Translations under genes and position numbers: made by a program
The notes under the pieces: generated by a model
Told to the model about the DNA's origin: nothing
What the model saw: only the letters and a program-made list of their open reading frames with translations
Database searches by the model: none
Assembly (NCBI GenBank): GCA_937960415.1
Contig: CALGPK010000009.1
Coordinates: 16,405 to 80,404, forward strand
DNA length: 64,000 nt
Source of the DNA: an uncultured Bacteroidales bacterium
GTDB taxonomy: Bacteria > Bacteroidota > Bacteroidia > Bacteroidales > GWA2-32-17
Direction of reading: 5' to 3'
Shown: piece by piece, positions 54,217 through 63,229 of the stretch
Layout of the letters: every line of letters begins with the position of its first letter
How positions within the stretch are numbered: position 1 is the stretch's first letter

Positions 54217-55968
54217 TTACGAAGGGTAATTTATTTGAATATGCAATTCGTTTAATTGTTCTATACTAATGGTTGAAGGTGCATCGATCATCATATCGCG
54301 TGCGGCTTGATTTTTAGGGAATGCGATGTAATCGCGAATGCTTTCGGTGCCACCAAATAGAGCACAAATACGGTCGAATCCAAGAGCTATGCCGCCGTGA
54401 GGTGGTGTTCCAAATTCGAAGGCATGAAGCAAAAAACCAAATTGTTGTTGGGTTTCTTCGTTTGTAAAACCGAGGACATTAAACATAGTTTGTTGCAATT
54501 CTCTGGAATGAATTCTTATGGAACCTCCACCTATTTCAATACCATTAATAACTAAATCGTAAGCATTGGCTCTAACTTGTGCTGGATTTGTTTTTAGCAA
54601 TGAAATGTCTTCTTTTTTGGGTGAGGTAAATGGGTGATGCATGGCATAATAGCGTTGGGTTTCGTCGTCCCATTCGAGTAAGGGAAAATCGACTACCCAC
54701 AAAGGAGCATAAACATTTGGCGATCGTAAGCCAAGACGATTACCCATTTCGAGCCGTAGTTCACTCATGGCTTTGTATGTTTTTTTTCGGTTGCCCGATA
54801 AGATAAGTACCAGGTCGCCAATTTGAGCATTGCAAAACAGAGCAATTTGTTTTAATTCGTCTGGTGAGTAAAATTTGTCGAACGACGATTTTATTTCGTT
54901 GTTGCTATAACGGATATAAGCTAAGCCACTCATTCCTATTTGAGGGCGTTTTACAAATTCGGTCAATTCGTCTATTTGTTTACGTGTATACGATGCGGCT
55001 TGTGGTACTACTATTGCTAAAATGACTTCGCTGTTGTCAAATATTTGAAAACCTTTACCCTGAACTATTTTAGAGATATTGTTTATGGTCATACCAAAAC
55101 GAATATCGGGCTTATCGGTTCCATATTTTTCAATGGCTTCCTGATAGGTTATTTTAGGAAAATCATCAAATTTAATATTTTTTTCAGTTGTAAATAGATG
55201 TTTAATAAGTCCTTCGAACATGTTTAACACATCTTCCTGTTCGACGAACGACATTTCGCAGTCTATTTGTGTAAATTCGGGTTGACGGTCAGCTCTTAAA
55301 TCCTCATCACGGAAGCAACGTACTATTTGAAAATAGCGGTCGAATCCGGCAACCATGAGCAGCTGTTTAAAGGTTTGTGGTGATTGAGGCAGAGCGTAAA
55401 ATTCGCCGGGGTGAAGTCGTGAGGGAACGACAAAATCGCGTGCTCCTTCGGGAGTTGATTTTATAAGAAATGGGGTTTCTATTTCCAAAAAGCCATTTTG
55501 GTCGAGATATTTGCGTGTTTCTCTTGCTAATCGATGACGAAGCTCAATGTTTTGTTTTAAGGGTTGGCGACGCAGGTCGAGATAGCGATACTTCATACGC
55601 AAATCTTCGCCACCATCGGTATTTTCATCGATGGTAAAGGGTGGAGTAGCCGATTCGTTAAGTATAACGAGCTCATTTACCTGTATTTCGATGTCACCGG
55701 TAGGTAGTTTTGGGTTTTTCGATTCGCGTTCGATAACTGTCCCTTTGGCAAGTATGACATATTCACGACCGATTTTATCAACTATTTGAAGAATGCTATT
55801 GTCGGTTTTGTTTTTCTCGAACATGAGTTGTGTTATTCCGAATCTATCACGCAGATCAATCCAAATGATATTGCCTTTGTCGCGTTTTCGTTGAACCCAT
55901 CCGGTTAATGTAACATTTTTGCCAATGTCGCAAATTCTTAATTCTCCACAAGTGTGTGTTCGTAACAT
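54217..55968 (-). CDS. aspS: Aspartate--tRNA ligase
   Basis: [11 protein letters not shown] start, OB anticodon-binding domain, class II motifs ([25 protein letters not shown]). The longer ORF-track start at 56037 would overlap the upstream gene. Confidence 0.95.
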   Translation of the reverse strand: MLRTHTCGELRICDIGKNVTLTGWVQRKRDKGNIIWIDLRDRFGITQLMFEKNKTDNSILQIVDKIGREYVILAKGTVIERESKNPKLPTGDIEIQVNELVILNESATPPFTIDENTDGGEDLRMKYRYLDLRRQPLKQNIELRHRLARETRKYLDQNGFLEIETPFLIKSTPEGARDFVVPSRLHPGEFYALPQSPQTFKQLLMVAGFDRYFQIVRCFRDEDLRADRQPEFTQIDCEMSFVEQEDVLNMFEGLIKHLFTTEKNIKFDDFPKITYQEAIEKYGTDKPDIRFGMTINNISKIVQGKGFQIFDNSEVILAIVVPQAASYTRKQIDELTEFVKRPQIGMSGLAYIRYSNNEIKSSFDKFYSPDELKQIALFCNAQIGDLVLILSGNRKKTYKAMSELRLEMGNRLGLRSPNVYAPLWVVDFPLLEWDDETQRYYAMHHPFTSPKKEDISLLKTNPAQVRANAYDLVINGIEIGGGSIRIHSRELQQTMFNVLGFTNEETQQQFGFLLHAFEFGTPPHGGIALGFDRICALFGGTESIRDYIAFPKNQAARDMMIDAPSTISIEQLNELHIQINYPS

Positions 55969-55996
55969 ATTTTTTGCTGCTAAGGTAGTTATTTTT

Positions 55997-57760
55997 TTAT
56001 TCTCCGTAATCGTAGTCACGTCTTTTATCGGGCACATAGCGTTCTTCAGGCTTTTTTCCCGATATGGTACGTATTAATTTGCCATCTTTGAATATAGCAT
56101 CGAAAATTACTTTTCCGTTAGGTTCGTAATAGGTTGTTCGTCCGTGTTTTACCCCATGATGATATTCAACTATACTTTCAACGGGTCCCATAGGATAGTA
56201 AGTTTTCCAGGTACCATGAGGCTTTCCGATTTTGTAATACTCTTCGCGCAACAATTCTCCGCGTTGGCTGTAATATAGCCATTTCCCAACTTTTTGGTTG
56301 TTGATGTATTCGCCAATCATATTAGGTTTGCCGTTTTCGTGGTAGGTTTCAAACTTTCCATGCAGTTTATTGTTTCTTTTGTTTTCAATTCTCATTATTT
56401 TTCCATTGGGCCAGTAGTAAGTAACCTTTCCTTCGGGAACAGTGTCTTTGTAAAAGATTTCGTACTTTAAATTACCATTTTCCCAGTAGCCTTTCCACCA
56501 TCCAGTCATTACTCCATTTTCAAAAGATCCTTCCATTTTTACTTTGCCGTCTTCGTACCAGCTTATCCAGTAACCTACTTCCTTGCCCATGTCCATAGTG
56601 CCTTCGTGTTCTTTCTTTCCGTTTTCATAATATACGGTAAGCTTGCCATGTTTAACACCATCTTTAAAATTAACTATCTTCCATATACTATCGTTTGCAT
56701 ACCAATATACCCATGTGCTGTCCATTTTTCCATTTTTGTAATACCCTTCGTTGCCTTTTTTGCCGTCGGTTCGCCAGTAAGTCCATTTACCTTCCTGCAC
56801 GTCGTTTATAAAATAACCTTCCATATCTTTCTTGCCGTCTTGATGATACCATACGGCATAACCGTTTTTCAATCCGTTGCTGAATGTGATTTTCGATTCT
56901 ATTTGACCGTTTAAATAATATTTAGTATGTACCCCGTCTCGCAAGTCTTTCTTAAATACACCTTCCATTTTCTTATTTCCATTGTCGTAGTAAAATATCC
57001 ACCATCCTTCTTTGAGACTGTCGATAAGTGTTCCTTCCATTTCGATTTGTCCATTCGGATACCACGAAACATTTTTACCATTGACGTAATTAAGTTCCGA
57101 TTGCAGCTTTCCATTTTTAAAATAACGTTTCCATGTCCCGGTATGTTTTCCGTCTTTAAGATAACCGACTATTTCAGTATTACCATTTTCAAAAAATGAT
57201 TCGAACTTACCGTTCTCGACACCATTTTTGTATTCTCCGCGTTCTTTTATTTTTCCGTTTGGATGATATTCGATGTAATAGCCATTGCCATTAATTAGTG
57301 TTTGCATTCCATCGGGCAACCAAAAGTTTTGTAACGAGCAGTTGCCAAGCTTGCATTTCATTTCTTTTTTCTTTTGAGCATTGTCGTAGTAGTATGTCCA
57401 TAAGCTATCTTTTTTATCGTATTTAAAAAAGCCTATTACTTTGGGTTGTCCGTTTTCGTACCATTCGAAGTATGGTCCGGTTTTCATGCCGTAGCGTATA
57501 TAACCCTCATTTTCTTTTTTACCATTGGGGTAATAATAGGTCATTCGACCGTGAATATTGCCATTTACAAATTCGATCTCTTGCTTCAGTTTGCCCGTCT
57601 GATCGTAGTATTTCCACAGACCATATTCAGCTCCATTTTTCATGATCCCTTCGCTGGCTTTTTTACCATTTTTATGATAAGTTATTATGGTATCTTGTGC
57701 AAAGATTGAAATGTGAAATTGCACAAATGTCAGTATGCTAATAAGCAAGTATTTTTGCAT
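55997..57760 (-). CDS. Exported MORN-variant (YwqK-like) repeat protein
   Basis: Signal peptide [22 protein letters not shown]. It is followed by about two dozen ~23-aa repeats of the type YY.NGK...EG.Y.NG...G.W..Y. Confidence 0.8.
   Translation of the reverse strand: MQKYLLISILTFVQFHISIFAQDTIITYHKNGKKASEGIMKNGAEYGLWKYYDQTGKLKQEIEFVNGNIHGRMTYYYPNGKKENEGYIRYGMKTGPYFEWYENGQPKVIGFFKYDKKDSLWTYYYDNAQKKKEMKCKLGNCSLQNFWLPDGMQTLINGNGYYIEYHPNGKIKERGEYKNGVENGKFESFFENGNTEIVGYLKDGKHTGTWKRYFKNGKLQSELNYVNGKNVSWYPNGQIEMEGTLIDSLKEGWWIFYYDNGNKKMEGVFKKDLRDGVHTKYYLNGQIESKITFSNGLKNGYAVWYHQDGKKDMEGYFINDVQEGKWTYWRTDGKKGNEGYYKNGKMDSTWVYWYANDSIWKIVNFKDGVKHGKLTVYYENGKKEHEGTMDMGKEVGYWISWYEDGKVKMEGSFENGVMTGWWKGYWENGNLKYEIFYKDTVPEGKVTYYWPNGKIMRIENKRNNKLHGKFETYHENGKPNMIGEYINNQKVGKWLYYSQRGELLREEYYKIGKPHGTWKTYYPMGPVESIVEYHHGVKHGRTTYYEPNGKVIFDAIFKDGKLIRTISGKKPEERYVPDKRRDYDYGE
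56000..57690 (-). repeat. Tandem MORN-variant coding repeats (~69-nt period) spanning the whole gene
   Basis: Protein-level periodicity is visible in the translation (NGK/NGQ ... EG ... G.W..Y). The DNA copies have diverged. Confidence 0.75.
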
Positions 57761-57836
57761 ACGATTTTTTCAGGTAAAGTAAATTGAATTATTTGCCTTG
57801 GGCAATATCTAAATTGATGTATTTATTAACATAATT

Positions 57837-58847
57837 TTAAACGTTTTCAGGGTGTTTAAGAAAATAATGGTTGTTGATATACATAATAAACAATTTACTT
57901 TCGTCGTATTTATTGTTTAACATATCAATCCACCAGTATTTATAGCTTACTTTATTATGATTTTGGTCAATACCGTCAAAGATTATGTAATGAGTAGAAT
58001 CTGTTTGCCTTGTTCTGGCTTTAACATAACCTATCGGCATTACAATGTACTTTTTTATATCGGTTATAAGAATATAATCGGGTGCTAGTAAAATATAATC
58101 TACTGGTGCAGAAAAGCAATTATTTTTAATTTTTTCGATAAATGCTAATTCCTGATTACTCAAATGCGTAGTATCGTAAAGTCGAATATATTTAAAGTTT
58201 GGGTTGGGTTTATGTTTCCACGGAAATTTTTGAAAAAGAGTGTAATATTCGTTGTTATGTTTGTATTCCCATAAAGCCTTAATGAGTGATATGTAAAACT
58301 TTCTTTCTTCATCGTTTTTATAGTTTAATTTATATCCATACGAACCTTCGTATATTGATATAGAGAGTGAATCGATAAACTCGTCGTCAGGAAAGTATTC
58401 TAATAATTCATTTCTTGTAAAATCAGGTATGTGAATATTTATAGAATATTTTTTATTATTTAAATGGATAGAACTATGGATTTCTTTTCCGGTGGCACTT
58501 AGATTGGCAGAAATGGTAGCCTTATAAGGTTCTAATAAATTTATAGTCTTATGTTTATCCCAATTTAAAGTTGTATTATCAAATGAAATATATTTCGATT
58601 TCATAAATTTTTGTGGTATTTTCCAATAAGACTTATATAAGACAACAGAAAGAACGAAAGTAATGATGCCACTCCATATCCAGCCTAAACTTCCGAGTAG
58701 ATTTAAAACCGTTGTATTTTTATAATTAAAACAATAATAAAGACAATACGGTACACCTAACCAGATTGCTAAAAAAACTGATAAAAAGAATATCGTTGGT
58801 ATAATGATGGTAATCCATGAAGAAATGTATTTAATGACAATTTTCAT
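57837..58847 (-). CDS. Membrane protein with ~250-aa soluble C-terminal domain, unknown function
   Basis: 336 aa. Two or three N-terminal TM helices (WITIIIPTIFFLSVFLAIWL, LGWIWSGIITFVLSVVLY). K/N/Y-rich tail with no recognised motif. Own candidate -7 box. Visibly AT-rich. Confidence 0.6.
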   Translation of the reverse strand: MKIVIKYISSWITIIIPTIFFLSVFLAIWLGVPYCLYYCFNYKNTTVLNLLGSLGWIWSGIITFVLSVVLYKSYWKIPQKFMKSKYISFDNTTLNWDKHKTINLLEPYKATISANLSATGKEIHSSIHLNNKKYSINIHIPDFTRNELLEYFPDDEFIDSLSISIYEGSYGYKLNYKNDEERKFYISLIKALWEYKHNNEYYTLFQKFPWKHKPNPNFKYIRLYDTTHLSNQELAFIEKIKNNCFSAPVDYILLAPDYILITDIKKYIVMPIGYVKARTRQTDSTHYIIFDGIDQNHNKVSYKYWWIDMLNNKYDESKLFIMYINNHYFLKHPENV

Positions 58848-58865
58848 AGTGCCATATTATTTAAA

Positions 58866-58873
58866 CAAATTTA
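58866..58873 (-). promoter_or_regulatory. Candidate -7 box (TAaaTTTG) for the 336-aa membrane protein gene
   Basis: Plus strand reads CAAATTTA, 18 nt upstream of the ATG at 58847. Confidence 0.4.
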
Positions 58874-58973
58874 ATAAAGTATTATTTATAGAAATAGAAA
58901 ATTTAAGATAAGACATTATTTTTTTAACTTATCATACATTATTTCTTTTTTTGTGAAAAACAAAAAAGTCATA

Positions 58974-58981
58974 TAAATTTG
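58974..58981 (+). promoter_or_regulatory. Candidate -7 box (TAaaTTTG) for the second PCMD-like gene
   Basis: 8 nt upstream of the ATG at 58990 and 14 nt upstream of the second ATG at 58996. This implies a very short leader or use of the second ATG. Confidence 0.35.
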
Positions 58982-58989
58982 TAAAAAAA

Positions 58990-59880
58990 ATGCCTATGAA
59001 ATCGTTATTTATCTTTTTAAGTTTAGCAATAAGCTTTAGTGTTTTTGCTCAGAGTACTATACCAAACCCGAATTTTGAGCAGTGGAGCGCCGGAAATCCA
59101 GTAGGTTGGCAAACTTCTAATTCGTTTACCCAGCAATTTGGTGCTACAACTGTATCGCAAGAAGCTGTTAATCCATATCAAGGAAATTTTGCAGTTAGGT
59201 TAGAAACGAAAAGTGTTTTCGGGTACAGTATTGCCGGATTAATAACGAATGGACAGATAAGTGTCAATGTAAATCAAACTCCTCCAGTAACTATTTTAGG
59301 GGGTACACCTTTTACAGCTCGTCCTAACAGGTTTAAGGGATATTACCAGTACCAACCCGGAGCTAATGATTATTGTATGATAGTAGCCTTATTGTTAAAG
59401 CGTAATCAGAGTACAAATACCTTTGATACTGTTGGAGTAGCGCAATTTTTAAATACTGCAGCTGTTAATTCGTGGACTTTGTTTGATGTTCCTTTTAACT
59501 ATGCTCTTGGCGATTCGCCCGATACTATTCAGGTGATTGCTATTTCGTCTAATCCCGACGCTTCGGTTGTAGGAAGTGTTTTGTTACTCGATAGCTTGCA
59601 TTTTGAGGGAGGGACAGTTTCGGTTGCCTCACAATGGCTACCTGCAAAATTTTATGTTTGGTACAATTCGGCTGAAAAAATTATAACAGTTCAACCAAGC
59701 AGCTCAAATGCTGATAATACTATTAGTATTTACGATGTTTTAGGCAACAAAGTTTATGAAACATCGTTGATCAATAAATCAAGTTGTATAAACATACCTG
59801 TTCACAATTGGCAAAAGGGAATTTATTTTGTGAATGAAAGCAAAGAAAAGGCTTCTGTGAAAAAAATTTTGGTGTATTAG
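58990..59880 (+). CDS. Secreted PCMD-like domain protein with T9SS C-terminal sorting domain (paralogue of 9500..10381)
   Basis: Signal peptide, IPNPNFEQW motif, shared blocks with 9500..10381 (GLIT.G, RFKGYYQYQP vs MLKGFFQYEP, LLLDSLHFE vs LYIDNLTFE). C-terminal ISIYDVLGNKVYE...GIYFVNESKEKASVKKILV is CTD-like. Confidence 0.68.
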   Translation: MPMKSLFIFLSLAISFSVFAQSTIPNPNFEQWSAGNPVGWQTSNSFTQQFGATTVSQEAVNPYQGNFAVRLETKSVFGYSIAGLITNGQISVNVNQTPPVTILGGTPFTARPNRFKGYYQYQPGANDYCMIVALLLKRNQSTNTFDTVGVAQFLNTAAVNSWTLFDVPFNYALGDSPDTIQVIAISSNPDASVVGSVLLLDSLHFEGGTVSVASQWLPAKFYVWYNSAEKIITVQPSSSNADNTISIYDVLGNKVYETSLINKSSCINIPVHNWQKGIYFVNESKEKASVKKILVY

Positions 59881-59884
59881 GGAT

Positions 59885-60577
59885 TTAGTTCACAACAATT
59901 TTAAAAGAATTACTTAATAATTCGAAGTGTTTGTTGGTACATTGATATTCTTCAACGGGTAATATTATTTGTTTATTTTGAAACCGTGGTACAATATGAT
60001 TGGTTGTAACGGCAATAGTAGCTTCGGCTGGTACTTTGTAGCCATCTGTAGTTTTAATAACGTCGATGTAATATTCGCAATATAATTGTCGTGCGAAATA
60101 TTTGCCTTTAGAAATGTTGATAGGAATATTGTTATACCACATAATATCACCATCGATACAGAAAAAATGATGGTATATAGATTTTAAAATACAAGCTGGT
60201 TTAGGATGTTCAGGATAAAAAATAGTTTTGGCAGATTCTATTTCAGAGGTAAATTTTTCATAGGAAAAGTTTTGTATCTCAGATTGAAACTGCGATAGTA
60301 ATGAAACGTCTGTTAAAACATATCGTTTGAAAATGTGTACATTAGGTAATTGTTTAAGAAAATCTTCAAATGTAGCTGAAGGTGTACTTTGTAAAGAAAT
60401 GACAAGAATAGATTTTTGATCGTTAGCATGTTTTTTATGAATGGTTGCGCATATAATTTTTCCTAAGTTAGATTTGGTTAAATTTAAGTGATAAGAATAT
60501 ATTAGGTCTTTAATTTCTTGAAATTCTATTTGCTTTGGCAGTTGTAATCCTAAAATAAATTGGATGGAATTTTTCAT
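59885..60577 (-). CDS. Hypothetical cytoplasmic protein
   Basis: 230 aa with no signal peptide, TM helix or recognised motif. Own candidate -7 box at 60604..60611. AT-rich. Confidence 0.58.
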   Translation of the reverse strand: MKNSIQFILGLQLPKQIEFQEIKDLIYSYHLNLTKSNLGKIICATIHKKHANDQKSILVISLQSTPSATFEDFLKQLPNVHIFKRYVLTDVSLLSQFQSEIQNFSYEKFTSEIESAKTIFYPEHPKPACILKSIYHHFFCIDGDIMWYNNIPINISKGKYFARQLYCEYYIDVIKTTDGYKVPAEATIAVTTNHIVPRFQNKQIILPVEEYQCTNKHFELLSNSFKIVVN

Positions 60578-60603
60578 AAAGGATTACTTTTTAGTTAATG
60601 TCA

Positions 60604-60611
60604 CAAAGTTA
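60604..60611 (-). promoter_or_regulatory. Candidate -7 box (TAacTTTG) for the 230-aa hypothetical gene
   Basis: Plus strand reads CAAAGTTA, 26 nt upstream of the ATG at 60577. Confidence 0.4.
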
Positions 60612-60699
60612 TACTGAAAAAACAATATCTTTTAGCAAAGTTGATAAAATATATGAAACAATTTATTAACAATTTTTATATGTTGATAAAAGTCAATGA

Positions 60700-62160
60700 C
60701 TAAGAGAACCACGATGCAATGTTAAATGTGTTCAATGCTGTTTGATGTTTGTAGTTGAATTCGTTGGTCTTTAGGTTGTAGATATAATCGTTTTGCATGG
60801 TTTTATGATGTTTGATTATTTCTTTGATGCTATCTATAATATAGTCCATTTCGTTGTTGGTATTAGTTGGATGTAGCGATAGTCTTACCCATCCGGGTTT
60901 TTCGGACAAATCGCCGTGGTTAATTTTTTCGGTAATGGCTTTCGATTTTTCGTACGAAACTTCGAGCAGGTAGTGTCCGTATGTTCCGGCGCAAGCACAT
61001 CCACCACGTGTTTGGATGCCAAAATAATCGCTCAGTAAACGTACAAACAGATTGTAATGTATATCGGGATGGTAAAAAGAAAAAACAGGCAAACGATGTT
61101 TGTGTTCGGGAGCAAGGATTTTAATACCTTCTATTTGATTAAATTTTTCAAACATATATTGAGCCATATAAGTTTCGCGTTCTTTTATTTTTTCAACACT
61201 CATTTGTTCTTTTAATTGTATAGCAAGTGCAGCTTTTATGGTTTGCAAGAATGCAGGTGTGCCTCCATCTTCTCGGACCTCTATATTGTCAACAAATTTG
61301 TACTCTCCCCATGGATTTGTCCAATCTACGGTGCCACCGCCGGGTTGGTCGGGAATAGGATTGTGATACATGTTACGGTCGAAAATCAGGATACCACTCG
61401 AGCCCGGTCCTCCTAAAAATTTATGAGGCGAAAAAAAGATGGCATCGAGTTTTTCGAATGAATTGGAGGGATGCATGTCGATATGCTCGTAAGGTGCCGA
61501 TGCAGCAAAATCGACAAAACAGAGTCCTCCGTGCTCGTGCATAATGCGGGCAATTTCGTAATAAGGTGTGTGAATCCCTGTAACATTTGAACATGCTGTT
61601 ATAGAAGCAATTTTGAATGTACGGTCTTTGTATTTTTTAAGCTTTTCTTTCAAATCGTTAATATCGACAAGCAAATCGGAAGTAGGTTTAATGATTTCTA
61701 CATCGGCATTGCATGCATACCACGACGTGTGGTTTGAATGATGCTCCATGTGCGTAATGAAAACAACGGGGCGTTCTCGTTGCTTGAGGCAATCGTGCTG
61801 CATAATCATGCCACAATGTCGCAACCCAAGTATTCGCTGAAATTTATTGATGACGGTGGTCATGCCTGAGCCTGCTGAAATAATAACATCGTTTTCGCTG
61901 GCATTGACGTGTTTTTTTATAATTTTTTGAGCCATGTGGTAAGCAAGGGTCATTCGTTTTCCGGTTTCGCTGGTTTCGGTATGTGTATTGGCTACAAACG
62001 GACCTATTTGGTGCGATAGTTTGTCTTCTATAGGTTTGTACAATCGTCCGCTTGCAATCCAGTCGCCGTAAACAATTGTTTTTTCTCCGTAAGGACTTTG
62101 AAATGTTTGGTTTATACCTATTATATTCTCTCTATACGGTATGAAATAAGATTCAAGCAT
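60700..62160 (-). CDS. Class V aminotransferase-fold PLP-dependent enzyme (cysteine desulfurase/selenocysteine lyase-like)
   Basis: SPHKFLGGPGSSGIL (PLP-lysine context) and HMEHHSN blocks. The ATG at 62160 (MLESYFIPYREN) was chosen because a -7 box at 62181..62188 lies inside the longer ORF-track version. Confidence 0.82.
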   Translation of the reverse strand: MLESYFIPYRENIIGINQTFQSPYGEKTIVYGDWIASGRLYKPIEDKLSHQIGPFVANTHTETSETGKRMTLAYHMAQKIIKKHVNASENDVIISAGSGMTTVINKFQRILGLRHCGMIMQHDCLKQRERPVVFITHMEHHSNHTSWYACNADVEIIKPTSDLLVDINDLKEKLKKYKDRTFKIASITACSNVTGIHTPYYEIARIMHEHGGLCFVDFAASAPYEHIDMHPSNSFEKLDAIFFSPHKFLGGPGSSGILIFDRNMYHNPIPDQPGGGTVDWTNPWGEYKFVDNIEVREDGGTPAFLQTIKAALAIQLKEQMSVEKIKERETYMAQYMFEKFNQIEGIKILAPEHKHRLPVFSFYHPDIHYNLFVRLLSDYFGIQTRGGCACAGTYGHYLLEVSYEKSKAITEKINHGDLSEKPGWVRLSLHPTNTNNEMDYIIDSIKEIIKHHKTMQNDYIYNLKTNEFNYKHQTALNTFNIASWFS

Positions 62161-62180
62161 GAGATGAGTATTTTTTTGGG

Positions 62181-62188
62181 CAAAAATA
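62181..62188 (-). promoter_or_regulatory. Candidate -7 box (TAttTTTG) for the class V aminotransferase gene
   Basis: Plus strand reads CAAAAATA, 20 nt upstream of the ATG at 62160. Confidence 0.4.
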
Positions 62189-62211
62189 ATTTTATTTACC
62201 AAAAAATGTGT

Positions 62212-62219
62212 TACCTTTG
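62212..62219 (+). promoter_or_regulatory. Candidate -7 box (TAccTTTG) for the RRM protein gene, implying an ~80-90-nt 5' leader
   Basis: 89 nt upstream of the ATG at 62309. No other TAnnTTTG match lies closer to the start. Confidence 0.4.
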
Positions 62220-62308
62220 TATTGGAAAAGCTTGTTTAATTGAAATTTACTTTCTTTTAAACCCTGCCTTTTCATGTTTTTTATTAACTTTTTAAATTTT
62301 TTATTTTT

Positions 62309-62557
62309 ATGAACATTTTTGTTGCAAATCTGAATTTTAAAATTCAGGACGGTTATTTAAGAGAACTTTTCGAAAACTATGGCGAAGTTCAATCTGCAAA
62401 AGTCATTATGGACCGCATGACAGGTCGTTCAAAAGGCTTTGGCTTTGTAGAAATGATGAACGATGATGAAGCTTTAACAGCCATTGACGAACTCAATGGG
62501 AAGGAAGTTATGGGTAAGACGTTAGTCGTCAAAGAAGCACACGAACGAAAAAGGTAA
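62309..62557 (+). CDS. RRM-type (RNP-1) RNA-binding protein
   Basis: 82 aa. RNP2 IFVANL and RNP1 KGFGFVEM. Followed by a strong terminator. Confidence 0.88.
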   Translation: MNIFVANLNFKIQDGYLRELFENYGEVQSAKVIMDRMTGRSKGFGFVEMMNDDEALTAIDELNGKEVMGKTLVVKEAHERKR

Positions 62558-62580
62558 ATTCATAAAATTTTTATGAAAAA

Positions 62581-62606
62581 AAGGGGATATGATCCCCTTT
62601 TTTTAT
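62581..62606 (+). terminator. Rho-independent terminator after the RRM protein gene
   Basis: AAGGGGAtatgaTCCCCTTttttt: a 7-bp stem followed by a T-run. It lies inside the ORF-track extension of rnhB. Confidence 0.8.
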
Positions 62607-62615
62607 TTTTGCAGT

Positions 62616-63221
62616 ATGTTGAAAGTTTCGTTTCAACAAACATTTATCGAAGTTGGTCTCGATGAGGCAGGCAGAGGCTGTTTGGCAGGTCCTGTTTATG
62701 CTGCAGCAGTTATTTTGCCCAATTGTAAACTCATTGACGAATTGACCGAATTGAATGATTCAAAGAAATTAACAGAAACCAAGCGTTACGAGTTAAGAGA
62801 AATTATTCAATCGGTAGCCGTAGATTATGCTGTTGCTTTTTGTACAAATGAGGAGATCGATCGTTGGAATATTTTAAGGGCAAGTATGATGGCCATGCAT
62901 CGTTGTTTGGATAAGCTTAAAGTACAACCCGAATTTATTGTGGTCGATGGCAATCGTTTTTATCCATACAAAACGTTAACCTTTAAAACTATTGTAAAAG
63001 GCGATGCACAATATATGAACATAGCCGCAGCTTCGGTACTAGCCAAAACATATCGTGATGATTTTATGATTGCTTTGCATGAGGAATATCCTATGTATGG
63101 TTGGAACGAAAATAAAGGTTATCCTACTCCATTTCATGTTAAAGCAATAGATAAATATGGGCTTTCGCCATATCATCGGCGTACGTTTCATCTAAAAAGT
63201 CAACAATTAAAGTTATTTTAA
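62616..63221 (+). CDS. rnhB: Ribonuclease HII
   Basis: GLDEAGRGCLAGPVYAAAV catalytic DEAG motif and the DSK, AASVLAK and GYP blocks. The ATG at 62616 was chosen because 62589..62615 overlaps the upstream terminator. Confidence 0.92.
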   Translation: MLKVSFQQTFIEVGLDEAGRGCLAGPVYAAAVILPNCKLIDELTELNDSKKLTETKRYELREIIQSVAVDYAVAFCTNEEIDRWNILRASMMAMHRCLDKLKVQPEFIVVDGNRFYPYKTLTFKTIVKGDAQYMNIAAASVLAKTYRDDFMIALHEEYPMYGWNENKGYPTPFHVKAIDKYGLSPYHRRTFHLKSQQLKLF

Positions 63222-63229
63222 GTTAGCTC

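Noticed and set aside
55969-56037. Upstream ATG extension of aspS that overlaps the MORN-repeat gene by 41 nt
   Set aside because: AspS orthologues start at [11 protein letters not shown]-type sequences. The extension has no homology and creates an unlikely overlap.
62589-62615. Upstream ATG extension of rnhB (MIPFFYFCS...)
   Set aside because: The extension is encoded by the stem and T-run of the preceding gene's terminator. The canonical RNase HII N-terminus starts at 62616.
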